A stretch of 62,272 nucleotides of DNA, filler included, from Streblomastix strix (lineage: Eukaryota), in assembly GCA_008636045.1 (NCBI GenBank). It is 4 parts of 4 records of this genome, joined end to end, with 100 filler letters (N's around TTAATTAATTAA, not from the genome) between each part and the next. Parts side by side here need not be neighbours in the genome. Positions count along the whole stretch, not along the records: positions 1 to 15,507 come from SNRW01000973.1; positions 15,608 to 31,106 come from SNRW01000974.1; 2 more parts are not named here. One strand, 5' to 3'. The translations under genes were made by a program, and so were the position numbers. Below the pieces are notes generated by a model. That model had not been told where the DNA came from. It made no database searches and saw nothing but the letters and a program-made list of their open reading frames with translations. Positions 14,071 through 26,660 of the stretch are shown here, piece by piece. Numbering within the stretch: position 1 is the first letter of the stretch; each line of letters starts with the position of its first letter.

Positions 14071-14159
14071 CACGATAATATGCGTAAATTGTTTTCCATC
14101 TGCATCACTGGCTCATTTCTAGTTAGTATTTTCATTAATCGCGTTCCATTGATAAGATT

Positions 14160-15507
14160 TCCATGCTTGCTATGAGAAAGAGATAGATAGAATTCGGTAT
14201 CCTGTTATATTATGAATGAGTGAAACCAAGAATTGGATGACAATCTCCATTTAAATGATGGAAAATTTACTCAAAATATTCATAGCAGAATATTCCCAGA
14301 GATTACATAGGCAATTGAGGAACTATCAATTTGAGTTCAAAAACTACCGAAATTCACGTTAGAATCAAATGAATTGAAAATATTTAGAAATATTTCCAAT
14401 AGATGCCCATCAATTCAAAGACCAGAGGACGTTATTGGATTATTAGTCAAGAAAGAATCTAGTGATTCACTTTCTTTTGGTAGATATTTGACAGGATCTT
14501 AAGAGCGAGTATCAAACTCAATTGAAAGTAATAAACGTATTATGTGTCCGTATTTACCGACAAAGCCGATCGAGACAAAAGAGGACGCGTTGAAAAGATT
14601 GAAGGAGTTAGAAGTGCTGAAAAAACTAACTCGAAAACCTAAATATGACTTCAAGTCACAATATGCAATGAGACTCTTATCAAAAATGGATTAAAGAGAA
14701 AGTATAATGGATTACAATAATACAACTAATTCTGCAGGCCTCCAAAATAGTAACAATAACCTAGAAAAAAGACATTTGCAGACTTAATCATTATTAATGG
14801 ATTCAAATATATTCACGCAATTAATGAGACTCATCGTCTCTTAACTAAGACCGAAAATTAGAACACTTTCATATTTAAATGACTTTGTTTTCTTGTTTGC
14901 AACGGAATAGGAAGCCTTAACAGGAATTAAAGAGATTTTTTATATTTTTGTAAGTCAGGTCTAATAATAGAATAAAATAAATATATCATCAAACAATCTA
15001 ATTAATTCACCTTTCTCAGATACGATTGAAATGCAAGAAATATGATTGAAAATCAATTTATTGAGAGGATATATAGGGCAACAAGTAAAATCTCTCAATG
15101 ATTTGAATAATTGAGAAGGAAATTGAGAGAAAAAACATGAACAATTTCTTCTTTGATTGAAACTCTGTCATCACTTGCAAAGTGCAAGAATCAGACCCAC
15201 ATGCTTCCAAGATATCTCAACAGATGTAAGGACATAGTAATAAATAATGTAAACTGTTCTACAACAACTTATTTGTATAACGAAGCAGGACAGAAATTAT
15301 TTTGTTGGAAAAACTTCCTTAAATAAGACTTTGCTCTAACAATAATTTCATTCCATTAAGAAGCATCACTTGCAATAGATACCAGCAAGAACGGTTCATG
15401 AGCGAGGTTGTGAATGAGAAACTAGAAAATAGCTCAACATATGCAAAAATGGTCATCAATCTTATATCTTCTATCCTTCTTACAGAAAAGATTCCCCTGC
15501 TACTCTA
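14160..15507 (+). mobile_element. Second, heavily decayed DIRS-like remnant
   Basis: QKLFCWKNFL...EASLAIDTSKNGS*ARL near 15290-15410 resembles the LxWW...TTDASxxGWGA RT/RNase H junction seen better preserved at about 61520. Many stops. Confidence 0.4.
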
Positions 15508-15607
15508 NNNNNNNNNNNNNNNNNNNNNNNNNNNNNNNNNNNNNNNNNNNNTTAATTAATTAANNNNNNNNNNNNNNNNNNNNNNNNNNNNNNNNNNNNN
15601 NNNNNNN
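15508..15607. other. Artificial contig linker
   Basis: N-run, TTAATTAATTAA, N-run; 100 bp in total. Confidence 0.97.
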
Positions 15608-15700
15608 TTACATTATTTTATTATAATTATTTATTTTCATTATTTATTATTATTATTTTATAATCATTATTTTATTTAACATTATTTATTTTATTTTTCT

Positions 15701-16091
15701 ATGTGGGGCACTCTCCATATTCTCATAACTACTCAGCTGTGCTATCAACTCCTTTGGATATTTTATCTAATGATTGAACAACAAAAGATATTGTTGATGA
15801 TGATGAAATTGAACTTTTCAATGGACCACTTTGATTGAAATTATCAAATTTAGTGAAACTTAAATGTTGTATGTTAATATTTCCCTCATTTCACTACATT
15901 ACCTTAATATTTATTGTTTAGTTCTATAATTTCCATGAAAAAATCTTATGCATGAGTTGATAAGTAATTATCAAAAATTGATTTTAGATTTATTCCTAAC
16001 ACATGAAATAATTATAATAAATTAATAAAATATATAAATTAAAATTTTATCTGTCGATAGTAGTTATGAGAATATGGAGTGTACCCCACAT
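15701..16091. mobile_element. MITE-like element with 33-bp inverted repeats; a third partial repeat copy at about 16302-16324
   Basis: ATGTGGGGCACTCTCCATATTCTCATAACTACT at 15701 versus AGTAGTTATGAGAATATGGAGTGTACCCCACAT at 16059-16091 (2 mismatches). Confidence 0.6.
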
Positions 16092-17304
16092 CAAAGAAAA
16101 ATAATAAAGAAAGAAAATGAATTATGATGTATAAATAATGAATCCAATTAAATTAATTAAAATAGTGTACTTGAATAATGTGAACGAAAGTATTCATATG
16201 TGTTTGGTTAATGAATGACATGAAAGATAATGATAAATGAATTGTATTAGTGAAGTACGTAAATAATGTTCGTTATTGAGTTGTATTCTTTGTACGTAAG
16301 ATACTCTCCATATTCTCATAACTACATAGGAACAGTAATGGATTAGATAATGAATTTGTTTAATGAATGTCTAAAATTATTGAAAAAAATCCTTGATGAA
16401 TTCATTGTATTTTGGAAAATGGCATGAGAAATTAATGTGAGTAGTGAATGACATTTGACTGTACAGAGTGCATCGAGTGCACAGAGTCAAAAACTTTCAT
16501 AAAAAGCTATGGCCTGCCTGCCATTCTTCCAGATTGTTAATGAAACATGAAAAAATAAATTGTTTATTTCAAACGTTTATATCTTCATTTATATGTTCAT
16601 TAATGTCATGGTCTTTGTCATATTTTTTAATGAATTCATTAATTGTTAGCACATCATTAATATTCACGAATATTTTAAGGTTTTTAATTTTTAATAATTA
16701 CATATCATTAACTTTAGGATCATAATTTGTTTGATTTTATTTATATCTAAATTCTTGCATTTTTGCGTTATTCTCAAGCAGCAGTTGCTGCTTATTCTTT
16801 ATCTGAATATTTCTTTGGTCTTCCTTATTTCGCTAAATTTAATGATTCAGTAAATGTTGCTTCATTGATAGCCTGATTATCTGTCATTCTAATTAAAATT
16901 TAAAAATAAAAATCAAAAAATAATTATAACTTTTATTTCATCTAAATAAAAACTTAGTAGCATAATATTTTGGAAATGATTCATTATTTTCACTTACATA
17001 TTTACAATAATATGAAGTTATTTTTATTATATTTATTTTATAGAAATGGTTCAATAATTGGCATATTGACATTCAAAACTATTACTTAGATTACTAATAT
17101 TGAAATAAAGATAGAAAAAAATAATATGATATGTCATTTATACATCAATCTGATATATGGCTCTATAACAGTAATATAATATTGATGTGTTGTGAAAAAA
17201 TCATCTAATGACATTTTTGTGTACTTTCGACCATAAACATATCAATTTCTATCATACTAACTCCTACTATTGTTTATTATTATTTTTCTATATTAGAATC
17301 AAAT

Positions 17305-18028
17305 ATGAAAGAGTTTCCATGTACACATTAAAAATCTTATTAGCCTAGGACAATTGAATATGATAATACTGGCTGCATTAAGAAGTTTACCAGTTAAAGA
17401 GGACTAAATATTCATAAGATATTAGTGCACGGAGATAGAAATGGGGTAAAATGTGATTTCCCCGATTGCCATAGATCATATCATTCACAAATACAATTCC
17501 TGACTCGACCTATAAATGAATACCATAAAGGAATCAAACCGTTTAAGTGTGACTTCCCAGATTGTGGAATGAGCTTCTCAAGACCAGAAAGACTTAAAAG
17601 TCATGTAACTGCCACACATCAAAGAAATTTGGAAGCGTATATAAGAAGACAAAGAGAAAAATATTTAATGGGCTGAGGAAGAAATTGAAAGCGAAGATGA
17701 AGCAGAAATTTTTGGCTAAGATGATATGGAGAATATTTCAAAACTTTTCGTTGTGGATATTGATTAGTTGAATGTATTAGGAGTGGCTTCATTTATATCT
17801 GAAATTGCTGGCTCTTGTCCTCGTATAAACATTAGACCATTGGAAAAAGAAGAATTTTCAATGAATGATAATCCGAAAGATAAAGATTTCAAGATTAATG
17901 ATGAGTCGGAAGATGAAGATTTCCAGATTGATTATGATTAGGATGATAAAGATTTCCAGATTGATGATGACTCGGATGATGTAGATTATCAAGCTAATGA
18001 TAGCTATGAAGAATTTCAATATGAGTGA
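17305..18028 (+). CDS. C2H2 zinc-finger protein with an acidic tail (frameshift or stop at 17674-17676; possibly a pseudogene)
   Basis: With TAR=Gln: MKEFPCTH...GCIKKFTSQRGLNIHKILVH; KCDFPDCHRSY; HKGIKPFKCDFPDCGMSFSRPERLKSHVTATH. A D/E-rich frame continues in a different phase to a TGA near 18028. Confidence 0.75.
17880..18010 (+). repeat. About four degenerate 33-bp tandem repeats encoding (D)xDFQIxDxxD
   Basis: GATAAAGATTTCAAGATTAATGAT..., GATGAAGATTTCCAGATTGATTAT..., GATAAAGATTTCCAGATTGATGAT..., GATGTAGATTATCAAGCTAATGAT. Confidence 0.7.
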
Positions 18029-19558
18029 ATTTAAATATTTTTTTCAATAAACTTTAATTCCATATAAAATTTTAATCAATATTTTATTACTATTTAAGAT
18101 AAATTATTCTTTTTTTTAAATAGCTATATATATATGTAACAACATGAATCATTTGTGGTTATAACAAAATGAAATAATGACTAAAAAAATTTAATTAATA
18201 TGAATATATAATAATATTTTAAATTCTTTGAATTTTTTAAAATTAACCCCATAAAAAAAGAGGAATGAATTTTTTAATGACATATTTCTGCTTTTAATTA
18301 CATAAACACAATAATAAAATTTATTTGTTTTAAAATATTTAAAAAGTCCTATGAAGCTGAGTTTTAGCTTTGTTTAAAACAAAACTTTTTTGCAAACAAA
18401 AGAATATAATATAATATTTTTACTTTAAATATTAAATTAAAAAAAAATTATAAATAATTTAAATAATTTTTTAAATTAAATTTTAAAAAAATTAAATTTT
18501 AAAAAAATTAATTTCCATCTAAAATTTAAAAATTTTTCAAAAAGAGTTCATATTGTATGTCAATATTTATAATTTCAATAAATATTTTTAAAATTTATTT
18601 AATAAAATAAGTTTTTTAATATTAAATAAGAAATGAATAATAGGTTAAAGAAGTATTAATTTATTTTATAAAATATCTAATTTTTCCATATTCAAATAAT
18701 ATGAATATTAGCAATCCAGATATAAAATTCATTCTTTAATTCTATTTTTATAAATATTATTTTTAATCGATTATATTATTAAAAACTTAAATTATTATCG
18801 ATTTTAATTTCTAATTTTTTTTTAGATATGTTAACAATTGCCAACGTTTTTGATTTAATAAAAGACCTAATAATCAAATTCTCACTTTCGCAATATTCTC
18901 CAAGTTTGAAAAAAAAAAGATAAGCTTAGATTATGGGTAAAATTATAAATTAAATATCAAATAATGAAACAAATAAATTTCTATTTTATTTCATAAATGA
19001 AATCAAAGAAGGTAGAAAAATTAGATAAAGAATTATTGATGTGTAATCTGTGAAAATATAATTATTTTTATAATTAGCAGCCGTTTTACATAACGCTTCA
19101 CCAAAATAATTTAAGAATAAAAATTTTTATTTGCATTTCAATAATTGAAAATTAACATTAATATTTAATTCAAAATGAATTTAAAATAAATTCATGTAAA
19201 TTGAGAGATTTTAGAAGGCCAAAAACTGCTTTAATTAAATAAATTCCAAAAAATATAAATCTTCAAAATTAAACTAAGATAGAGTAATGAAATTTATTGA
19301 TGGAATTAGTGAAGTATCAAATATATTAAGATATTTGCTAAAACATTAACTTGCAAATGAAATTAATTATAATAATTTTTCAAATTTATTTGAAAATAAT
19401 GTTTGAAACAATTAATTGTAATAAAATTAAACAAATGAAAGATAAACATATTAGTTTTAAAATAATTCAGAAATAAATTAATTTCAATTATAAAATTAAA
19501 TTAATAAAAATCTAAAAAATTAAAATAATAAATCAATTAATTAAAAATATCAATTTAG

Positions 19559-20045
19559 AATCAATCAGCTAAAACTGGCAAGATATAAAATGACCCTAAT
19601 AAACAATTACAGCATTAATCAACTTTCAATACTCAGCCATCATAAATAGCAAAATATCTTTCATAAGTTTATTCCATAAAGCTAAGTTGCATAACTCTAA
19701 TAATCAAGTCCATTTATTATCACAGAGGCAGGTAACATCAATAACAATAGTCCAGACATTTAAAAGGATGTTGAATATTTTGAATAACAATAGCCCTAAA
19801 TTAATTCACGTTTCACAAATTATACATCGAAGCACAATTAATCGTCATAGCAGAATATTTCTAATAATCTCATTTCATCAAGCTTTGTTGAATTGCAGCC
19901 CTTGTAATCTAGTTCATTTATTATAACAGATGCAAGTAATATAATTAATAAAGAAACGGGATATTCTTTGTCAAATCTAATAGAATTATCTGATTAAGAT
20001 ATTGTGAATTTTTAAGTTGATTGTAATAAAAGTATAAAATTATGA
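19559..20045 (+). CDS. Hypothetical Gln/Ser-rich exon or gene remnant
   Basis: From about 19675 the frame is open with TAR=Gln to a TGA near 20045. Internal repeat QSSPFIITEAGNI / QSSSFIITDASNI. Preceded by a possible acceptor AG at 19558. Confidence 0.35.
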
Positions 20046-21154
20046 CCAAATAATGTAAATTAAAATCAATATTGAAACAGTTAATGTTAAATTATAAAGA
20101 AAAAAAAGATTTCTAAATATTTATAATGTTTATTTATGTGGAACTAAAGGAATCTATATATAAATATAATAAATATAATATAAGTAATTATAATTATAAA
20201 TTTTTGGTAGAATTATGCTGATAGTTATGATTTAAATTTTATTTTAGAAAATTTTTTGTAAAAATCCATGTTTAGATATTTATTAAATAAAACATAAATT
20301 AAATATTGAATAAAATAAATCATTTAGCCGATTTTCATTCAAATGATAAAGAAAAATTATACCAACAAAAAATTATTCCATTTTAACTTAATTAAACTTT
20401 TTCTCCATATCTGTCATATAACTGTTTCTTGTACTTAGATATCCAATATAATTTTGTATATACTTTAATTATATTACTAAAATTTATGTTTGTCGAGAAG
20501 TCAAAACTCAAATAAAAAATTATTGAGAAATTTGTGCGCATAATAATTCAATTGGATACTTTATAATTATAAAAATATATTTCATTGATAATTATGCTAT
20601 TAATTTAATTATATAACAATCAATTCTTTTATTCAATAATAGAATATAAATCAATTTTTTTAAAAATCAATTAATTTTTTATTTAAAAAGTGGATTTCTC
20701 AAAATCTGTTTGTAGACGAATTTTTAGCTTTTTTGAAAGATTTATATATTCTTTAGAAATACTACATTATATTTTCAAAAATAGAGATTCATGTCAAATG
20801 AGATTTTCCAAAACCCAGCTTCATATAATTATATTAATAAATAATAAAACTATGAATTTTAATTGAACGAATATGTGTTAAAATAAATTATTGAATATTA
20901 ACGTAATAATTTGATATATATAATAAATTGAATCAATGTATCAACTCTTGAACTTCTTTTCGCCATGTTTTCTGTGAAAAAAAGTATAAATTAGGATATA
21001 TGATTATTAAATTTGTAATTATTTTTGCGTCGTAGTAGTTTCTCATCATCATATGCAGTAATATCTGCATAGTCACGCAAAGTAAAAACTCTCCATACGT
21101 TTTTGATTCGTGATAAGTCAGGTAAACACGAAGATTATTCCATGAAGTCAATCA

Positions 21155-21700
21155 GGAACTAATTGACTACTAACATACCATGCTGATTCGTACATCCAGA
21201 CAGTACCACTCTGGGCACTAAAGGCAAAATCACCTGCAGCACTAGAGGCTAAATTAATTATATCAGAGTTAAGTAGGTAATATCTCCTAAAATGAGTTTA
21301 TCCAGCTAGCTCCTATTATATTAATGTATTTGATTAATTTATATTATTTATATCTACAGATTATTGACCGTATTCTTATTGTAATTAATTTATTTATTAT
21401 TATATTTAAATAATTTATTATATGAAATCTAAATTTTACACCTATAAATCCTTAAGAATTAATTTACCATCTGTATTTATTTTTAGAGCAAAGTTGCTAG
21501 CTTGCCCATCGGATATATATTATTTATCGGCATAAACTAATGCGGATTAATTATCTATAAATAGTTGATAATTGTCATCTTAGTGTACACCAGAATTACT
21601 ACTTTAATATTTCACATACTACAAATATTAATAAATATACGTCGAAATTAATTAATTAATATCAGATCTCTACTAATTGGTGAGCACTTATATTTATTAC
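21155..21700 (-). pseudogene. N-terminal fragment of a fibre-like structural protein
   Basis: QQELAGQTHFRRYYLLNSDIINLASSAAGDFAFSAQSGTVWMYESAWYVSSQLVPD*. Its end matches the start (SWYETNQIVPD) of the fibre-like gene at 44223-45975. Confidence 0.6.
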
Positions 21701-22285
21701 ATTTAAGTATACAAAAATAAAGGGCTTGCTCAAATTTGAGCCGACATCAATTATTCAGATAAAGAGGAGTCCTGCCTAATTTGGGCTATACAAATGTTAC
21801 CCGCGAAAACTCGCGGCTTGAACTTTACATCAATTATTGAGTCAGATAAAAGGTAAATTGCACCAACGAAATAAATTTAAAAAATAGTTTATGTTTGACT
21901 GGAACATTAATTACAACGTTAATTCAGAGATAAATATTCAATAACTTCAAATATAACTAATATCGATATTCTTTAGCTAGTTTTATATCGTTATTTTTGA
22001 TTGCCTCCTTAATTAATTATTCCAATTATTTAGTACTAAATTATTTGAGTGATGATTCGTTAATGTCCTTCATCTTCTTTCTACGATAACAAAATTAAAT
22101 TATATATTCGATTATATTAACAGGAACTAATATTATATCTAGATACTCACATAATTGTTTAATCAGTGAAATATATTAGATTGGAACACTAACTGAGATA
22201 TTTGATACTCTAAAATTAATCCCATAAAATAAGTAATTTAAAACTAATTATATTATACTAATCACATTCATTTATATTCACTTAA

Positions 22286-23314
22286 ATGAGTACCTAATAA
22301 ATAAATTAAATATCATTCGAAGACTAATCACTATTAGAAGAATATAAAATTAAGCCATTAGCCCCATATTCAATCTTTCTCATTAACGCCAATCATTATA
22401 TAGTTGGATCGGTTGGAAGTGGTAAAAGAACTCTAATGGCGAAATTAATCATATTATATTAACGATACATTAATCCCTACATATTATACTTCTCTAACTT
22501 TGAACCAGATGAAACAATAGCGATTAATTTAAATAATTAAGAGATAAAATTAATTAATAGAACTTACTCAGAAGTATAATCTTTTCTACCTTAATTCGAT
22601 GAAATTAAATATAAAGTGAAGGAAATTTATACCTTTTGGAAGTTAAAAGAACGAGATATTAGATATTATTCAGATTACATAACTAAAATGAAAGAATCAA
22701 TAGTCGAAAATAATAAATAAAAAAATTAATGACAACCATAAGATACAGATAAATAATATTAACATAGATTAAGGGATATTTTTCAAATGGAATGTATAAA
22801 AATAATTAACGAATTTAGTTAGCCTACAACAATTATGCGATTCAATGTTCCCCGGATAATTAAAGGTGATAAATATTCTAAAAAATTGAAAATAGTAGAA
22901 CAAGATGGGGAATAATAATTTTAAATAATTCCAAAATTAACTAATTCATCAATACTTTCCACATTTATGACCTTTGATGACATTGGATCTAATACTGATA
23001 TTTAACGATACATTAATGAACTAGCTAGATCAATTACTCACTTTGTTAGTGATAGCCGACGTAGTAAAAATACCATATTCTTCTGTGCGTAAAGGCCAAG
23101 TTATTTGTTAAAATCAGCCCGTGTATTATGTCATGTAATTGCCGATGGGGTTAACATATCAGAATAAGATTTGAAATAAGTATACGAAGAAAATATTGTA
23201 TAGGAATTATATGAATAATAATTAATAATTATTTATAATGGTTTATTGAAATACGAATTTATCATAATAAACAAATCATTAAATACTTTCGATATATAAA
23301 AACGATAAAATTGA
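22286..23314 (+). pseudogene. A32-like (FtsK-HerA superfamily) viral packaging ATPase with one in-frame TGA
   Basis: Walker A YIVGSVGSGKRT (about 22397-22432), Walker B FMTFDD (about 22964-22981), then SRRSKNTIFFCAQ and LKSAR, all in one frame. Premature TGA at 22730. Confidence 0.85.
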
Positions 23315-23315
23315 A

Positions 23316-24518
23316 TCACATTAGCCCATTTATCAAACTAAAAATAATTTTGAAAAATAAAACGTTGGTGTAATTTGACTTTTCTCTGACCTGAAATTAG
23401 TGTTAAAATTAGTATTTTCAAAATACTCATGAGGTGAAATTGATAGAATAGGTTCCGTTAATTTTCACATTTAATGTTGCTGGTAAATTAATTAGAGAAT
23501 TAGAATTAGTAATTATTTGTCCCAGGTAATTAATTACACAATCTAGATATTAATTTATATTGACTGATGAAGTCGTTAAATGTTACATAGTTATTACCCC
23601 AGCAAATTTATGTATAAAATCATCACCAACGATTTCCATTATAACGAATATAGCAGTTGACCCATCTTATGTTGTCCAACGAAAATATTCATTAATATAA
23701 TTAATACAATTATTATGTAAAACAAAACTATCTTAACTCAATCCGACTACATTATCACCTGCGTAAAATTATTCTCTTTTGGCTGCTGTAGTACCAACGA
23801 CTTATCCAATGAATTTTAATTGGCTACAATTTTTATCGAAACGTATACCTTTATTTATATTTTAATAATCATCATCATTTTATATCTAAAACGGAGCGTC
23901 ACGAAGTCATGTTCCGGTACCACCATATTGCGAAGTAATTACCCAATTATATTCTAAAGTAGATACTACATCAATTGGCATATAAATATTAACGCCTAAA
24001 TATATATTATTTGGTTAATCACCAATCCCTCTAGTTATTCTGAGCCCTGCTTCTTTTGTATCAATTAATAACGAAATTCGCTATCGAGTAAAATCTGAAA
24101 AAGTGTATGGTCGTTCTTTTAGTAAAAACTAATCTAAAACAATTGTATCACCATTTAATAATTGAATCTGTTTATTTGTACCATCAGATAATTTAATTTA
24201 TGATGCTTCAATATCACTTGCAATAATTTCACTTAAGTTAGCTCGAATTGTACTAGTTAAGTAATTAGCTGTTAATGAGTTAATGTTCTTTTTACCTGTG
24301 ATTATTTATTCTGTATCTAGTGTAACATAATTTCTTGATTTCCTGATATATTGACTGAAATATGTAAAGTACTTAATTATTTATTATTTAATGAAGGGGT
24401 TTACTTTCTCACATAATAGTTAAAATAATTCTTATTCATTATCTATCTCTCTTATTTTATCAAGTTCATCTTTCATCGCTTTTAATTATTCCTAGGTTGG
24501 AAGTTCAAGGTCATCCAT
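23316..24518 (-). pseudogene. Second fibre-like viral structural protein
   Basis: NYVTLDTEQIITGKK, GTNKQIQLLNGD and EAGLRITR...IYLG recur in the 44223-45975 gene (VNVGTDQTITG, NNDILLANGD, EGLRISR...IYLG). Stops and frameshifts present. Confidence 0.6.
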
Positions 24519-24549
24519 TTAATTTAATTGGAAAAATAAATAATGTTCA

Positions 24550-25285
24550 AAATTCAGTAGGATTAATATCAATTGCTGGGACTTCACTTAATCTAACTAG
24601 ATCTTTATTGATTCTATGTAATTTTTCTACACTATTCCATAGCACATTATCCGTAGTGTTAATCGAAACATTTTTATCAGTACATCAATAACACTAACTA
24701 TTTCTTTCTTCTTATGCTATTTACTTAGGCATGAATGTGTTGCAATTATACTTTCCTCTAGTACAATTTCTATGTCATCTTCCTTCTCTTATGTTACTAT
24801 AGACCAAAATTTAATAAAATTATCAGAAGATAAAATAAAATCATCACCTTTATTTCTATGCATAACAGTTCTTCATATACAATCCACAACAAATTTCATA
24901 ACTTCCAGATTAGGGTGAGATAAATAGGCGTTCAAATGATTATTCATAATTATCGGTTGAACTAATAGTTGGACTAATAATTGGACTAATGGCTGGATTA
25001 GTGGTTGGGTTAATTTATCTATTACTTCCTATGGGGTAACTTAAGTTGTTGTTCTATCGGCATCAGTATATTTATTTTTATTGAATTAACATTATGATTA
25101 ACGTTCTGATTAACGTTCTGATTAGCTGTTGGATTACTTATTTTCATTAACTTCATTTTGAATTGCTTTTGATATTAAATATTTATATACTATAATCTTT
25201 ATTAGTTATTTGGATTAGTTAATTCTTTTATTTATTTTTTACTTTTAGAGAGTCGCAATTAATTCCTTTCAACTCCGCGTATCAT
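24550..25285 (-). pseudogene. Hypothetical viral ORF with short QP(L/I)x repeats
   Basis: Starts at a TAAATG. Contains 12-bp repeats (TQPLIQPLVQLLVQLLVQP). Disrupted. Confidence 0.35.
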
Positions 25286-25324
25286 TTAAATTCGATAAAG
25301 ATTTCTTGATTATTAAATGTACAA

Positions 25325-25900
25325 ATCGTAAGCGTATAAATTTATGATGGAAAATGGTACAAATACTGAATATTTTGATGGTGGGTATTTTATTCAAGAT
25401 AAGAAATAAATTAAGTGTTTTGATGATGGAAAGAAAGGATTAAAAATAGTTACTTAAGCTTAATAGAATAAATTAATGATGTAAGCAAGAGGTACTCCAA
25501 AAAATAATAATAAAAGAAACAGCAATTTGATTCAGAATCAAGCGACGATTACTTTGACGACGAATAAGATTAATAAGAATAAATTAAACCATAACCTGTT
25601 AAATAGAAAGTATAAAACAAACTATAAATTAAATATATTAATTCCCAACTAGATTTAGAAGTACTAATTTCACTTCGAATTGAGAACATATTTATAAAAT
25701 AATAACACGCTGAAGCAACTAAATAGAATGAGAAATATAAAATTAAATTGAAAGTGTTAAAATAAGTTAAACAAAAACCAAAATAAGTTTAAATTAAACA
25801 GGAATTAAGTGAAAAAGAAAAATAGGAATAATAACTTCCCCAATAATAGTATCGCTAATAATAGCAATAATAATATAGTTAATACGATGTTTTTTGATAA
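25325..25900 (+). pseudogene. Hypothetical Lys/Gln-rich viral ORF
   Basis: MMENGTNTEYFDGGYFIQDKK... followed by coiled-coil-like Q/K/E sequence with an apparent frameshift. Confidence 0.35.
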
Positions 25901-26074
25901 AATTGAGCCAGCCGAAATTCAGCCAGCACAAAATATGCAGACAAAATTGTCTGGTAAAAATATTGTTACAAATTAGCCCATCCGCTAATATTCACTATTT
26001 TTGGAATTTACCTTGTTAGTAAAAATTACCTTTTTTTTATTTTTATTCTTATTTTTTATCTGGGTAATAAATTT

Positions 26075-26639
26075 AACAATTTACTACTCTTACTGTTGAG
26101 CCTACTTATAAAATTACCACCGAATTTCCTTGGACAATTGGAAGTAAATCAGATAAGTTTGAACCAAAGATTTCGACAAAAAAAGTGGATATTAATAAGT
26201 TGGACTGAATGGAACTACTTACAGTATTCATAGATTAGTCGTTATTCAATTTATTACAACTGATGACTGAAATAAATAAGTAAATCACATCAATCACGAC
26301 CGTTGTAATAATTAGCTTAAAAATTTACGCTGGCTATCTGCAAGTGATAATTGTTTAAATAGAACCAAACCTACTAGAACTAAAATAGAATATATACTGA
26401 TTGATTTATTACCTGAAAATAAATTAAATATTTCTGAATAAAAGAAACGTAAATTTGAAGGTCTCTATTTTGTACCTAGTGATGATAAATTTTATAAATA
26501 TAACTGTTCATAATTTAAATAATTACATGTTAATGTAAAATTAAATGGAGCCCTATTTGTTTATGCTGCAGATGTTAAAGGTAAGGGTCATTAGCTTCAT
26601 TACATCAGAGTTAAACGTATATTTAATGTATCAAATTGA
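26075..26639 (+). pseudogene. HNH endonuclease (HNH_3-like)
   Basis: GYQQVGLNGTTYSIHRLVVIQF...QVNHINHDRCNNQLKNLRWLSASDNCLN. One in-frame TGA and a possible frameshift. Confidence 0.85.
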
Positions 26640-26660
26640 TAAAATTATTTTTCCTCATAA

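Noticed and set aside
18030..20930. AT-rich tract with a weak inverted match (TATGAAGCTGAGTTTT about 18350 versus AAAACCCAGCTTCATA about 20810)
   Set aside because: Too short and isolated to define an element.
20933..21151. 72-aa ORF after the truncated fibre fragment
   Set aside because: No ATG start or motif. It probably reflects junction sequence at the decayed element edge.
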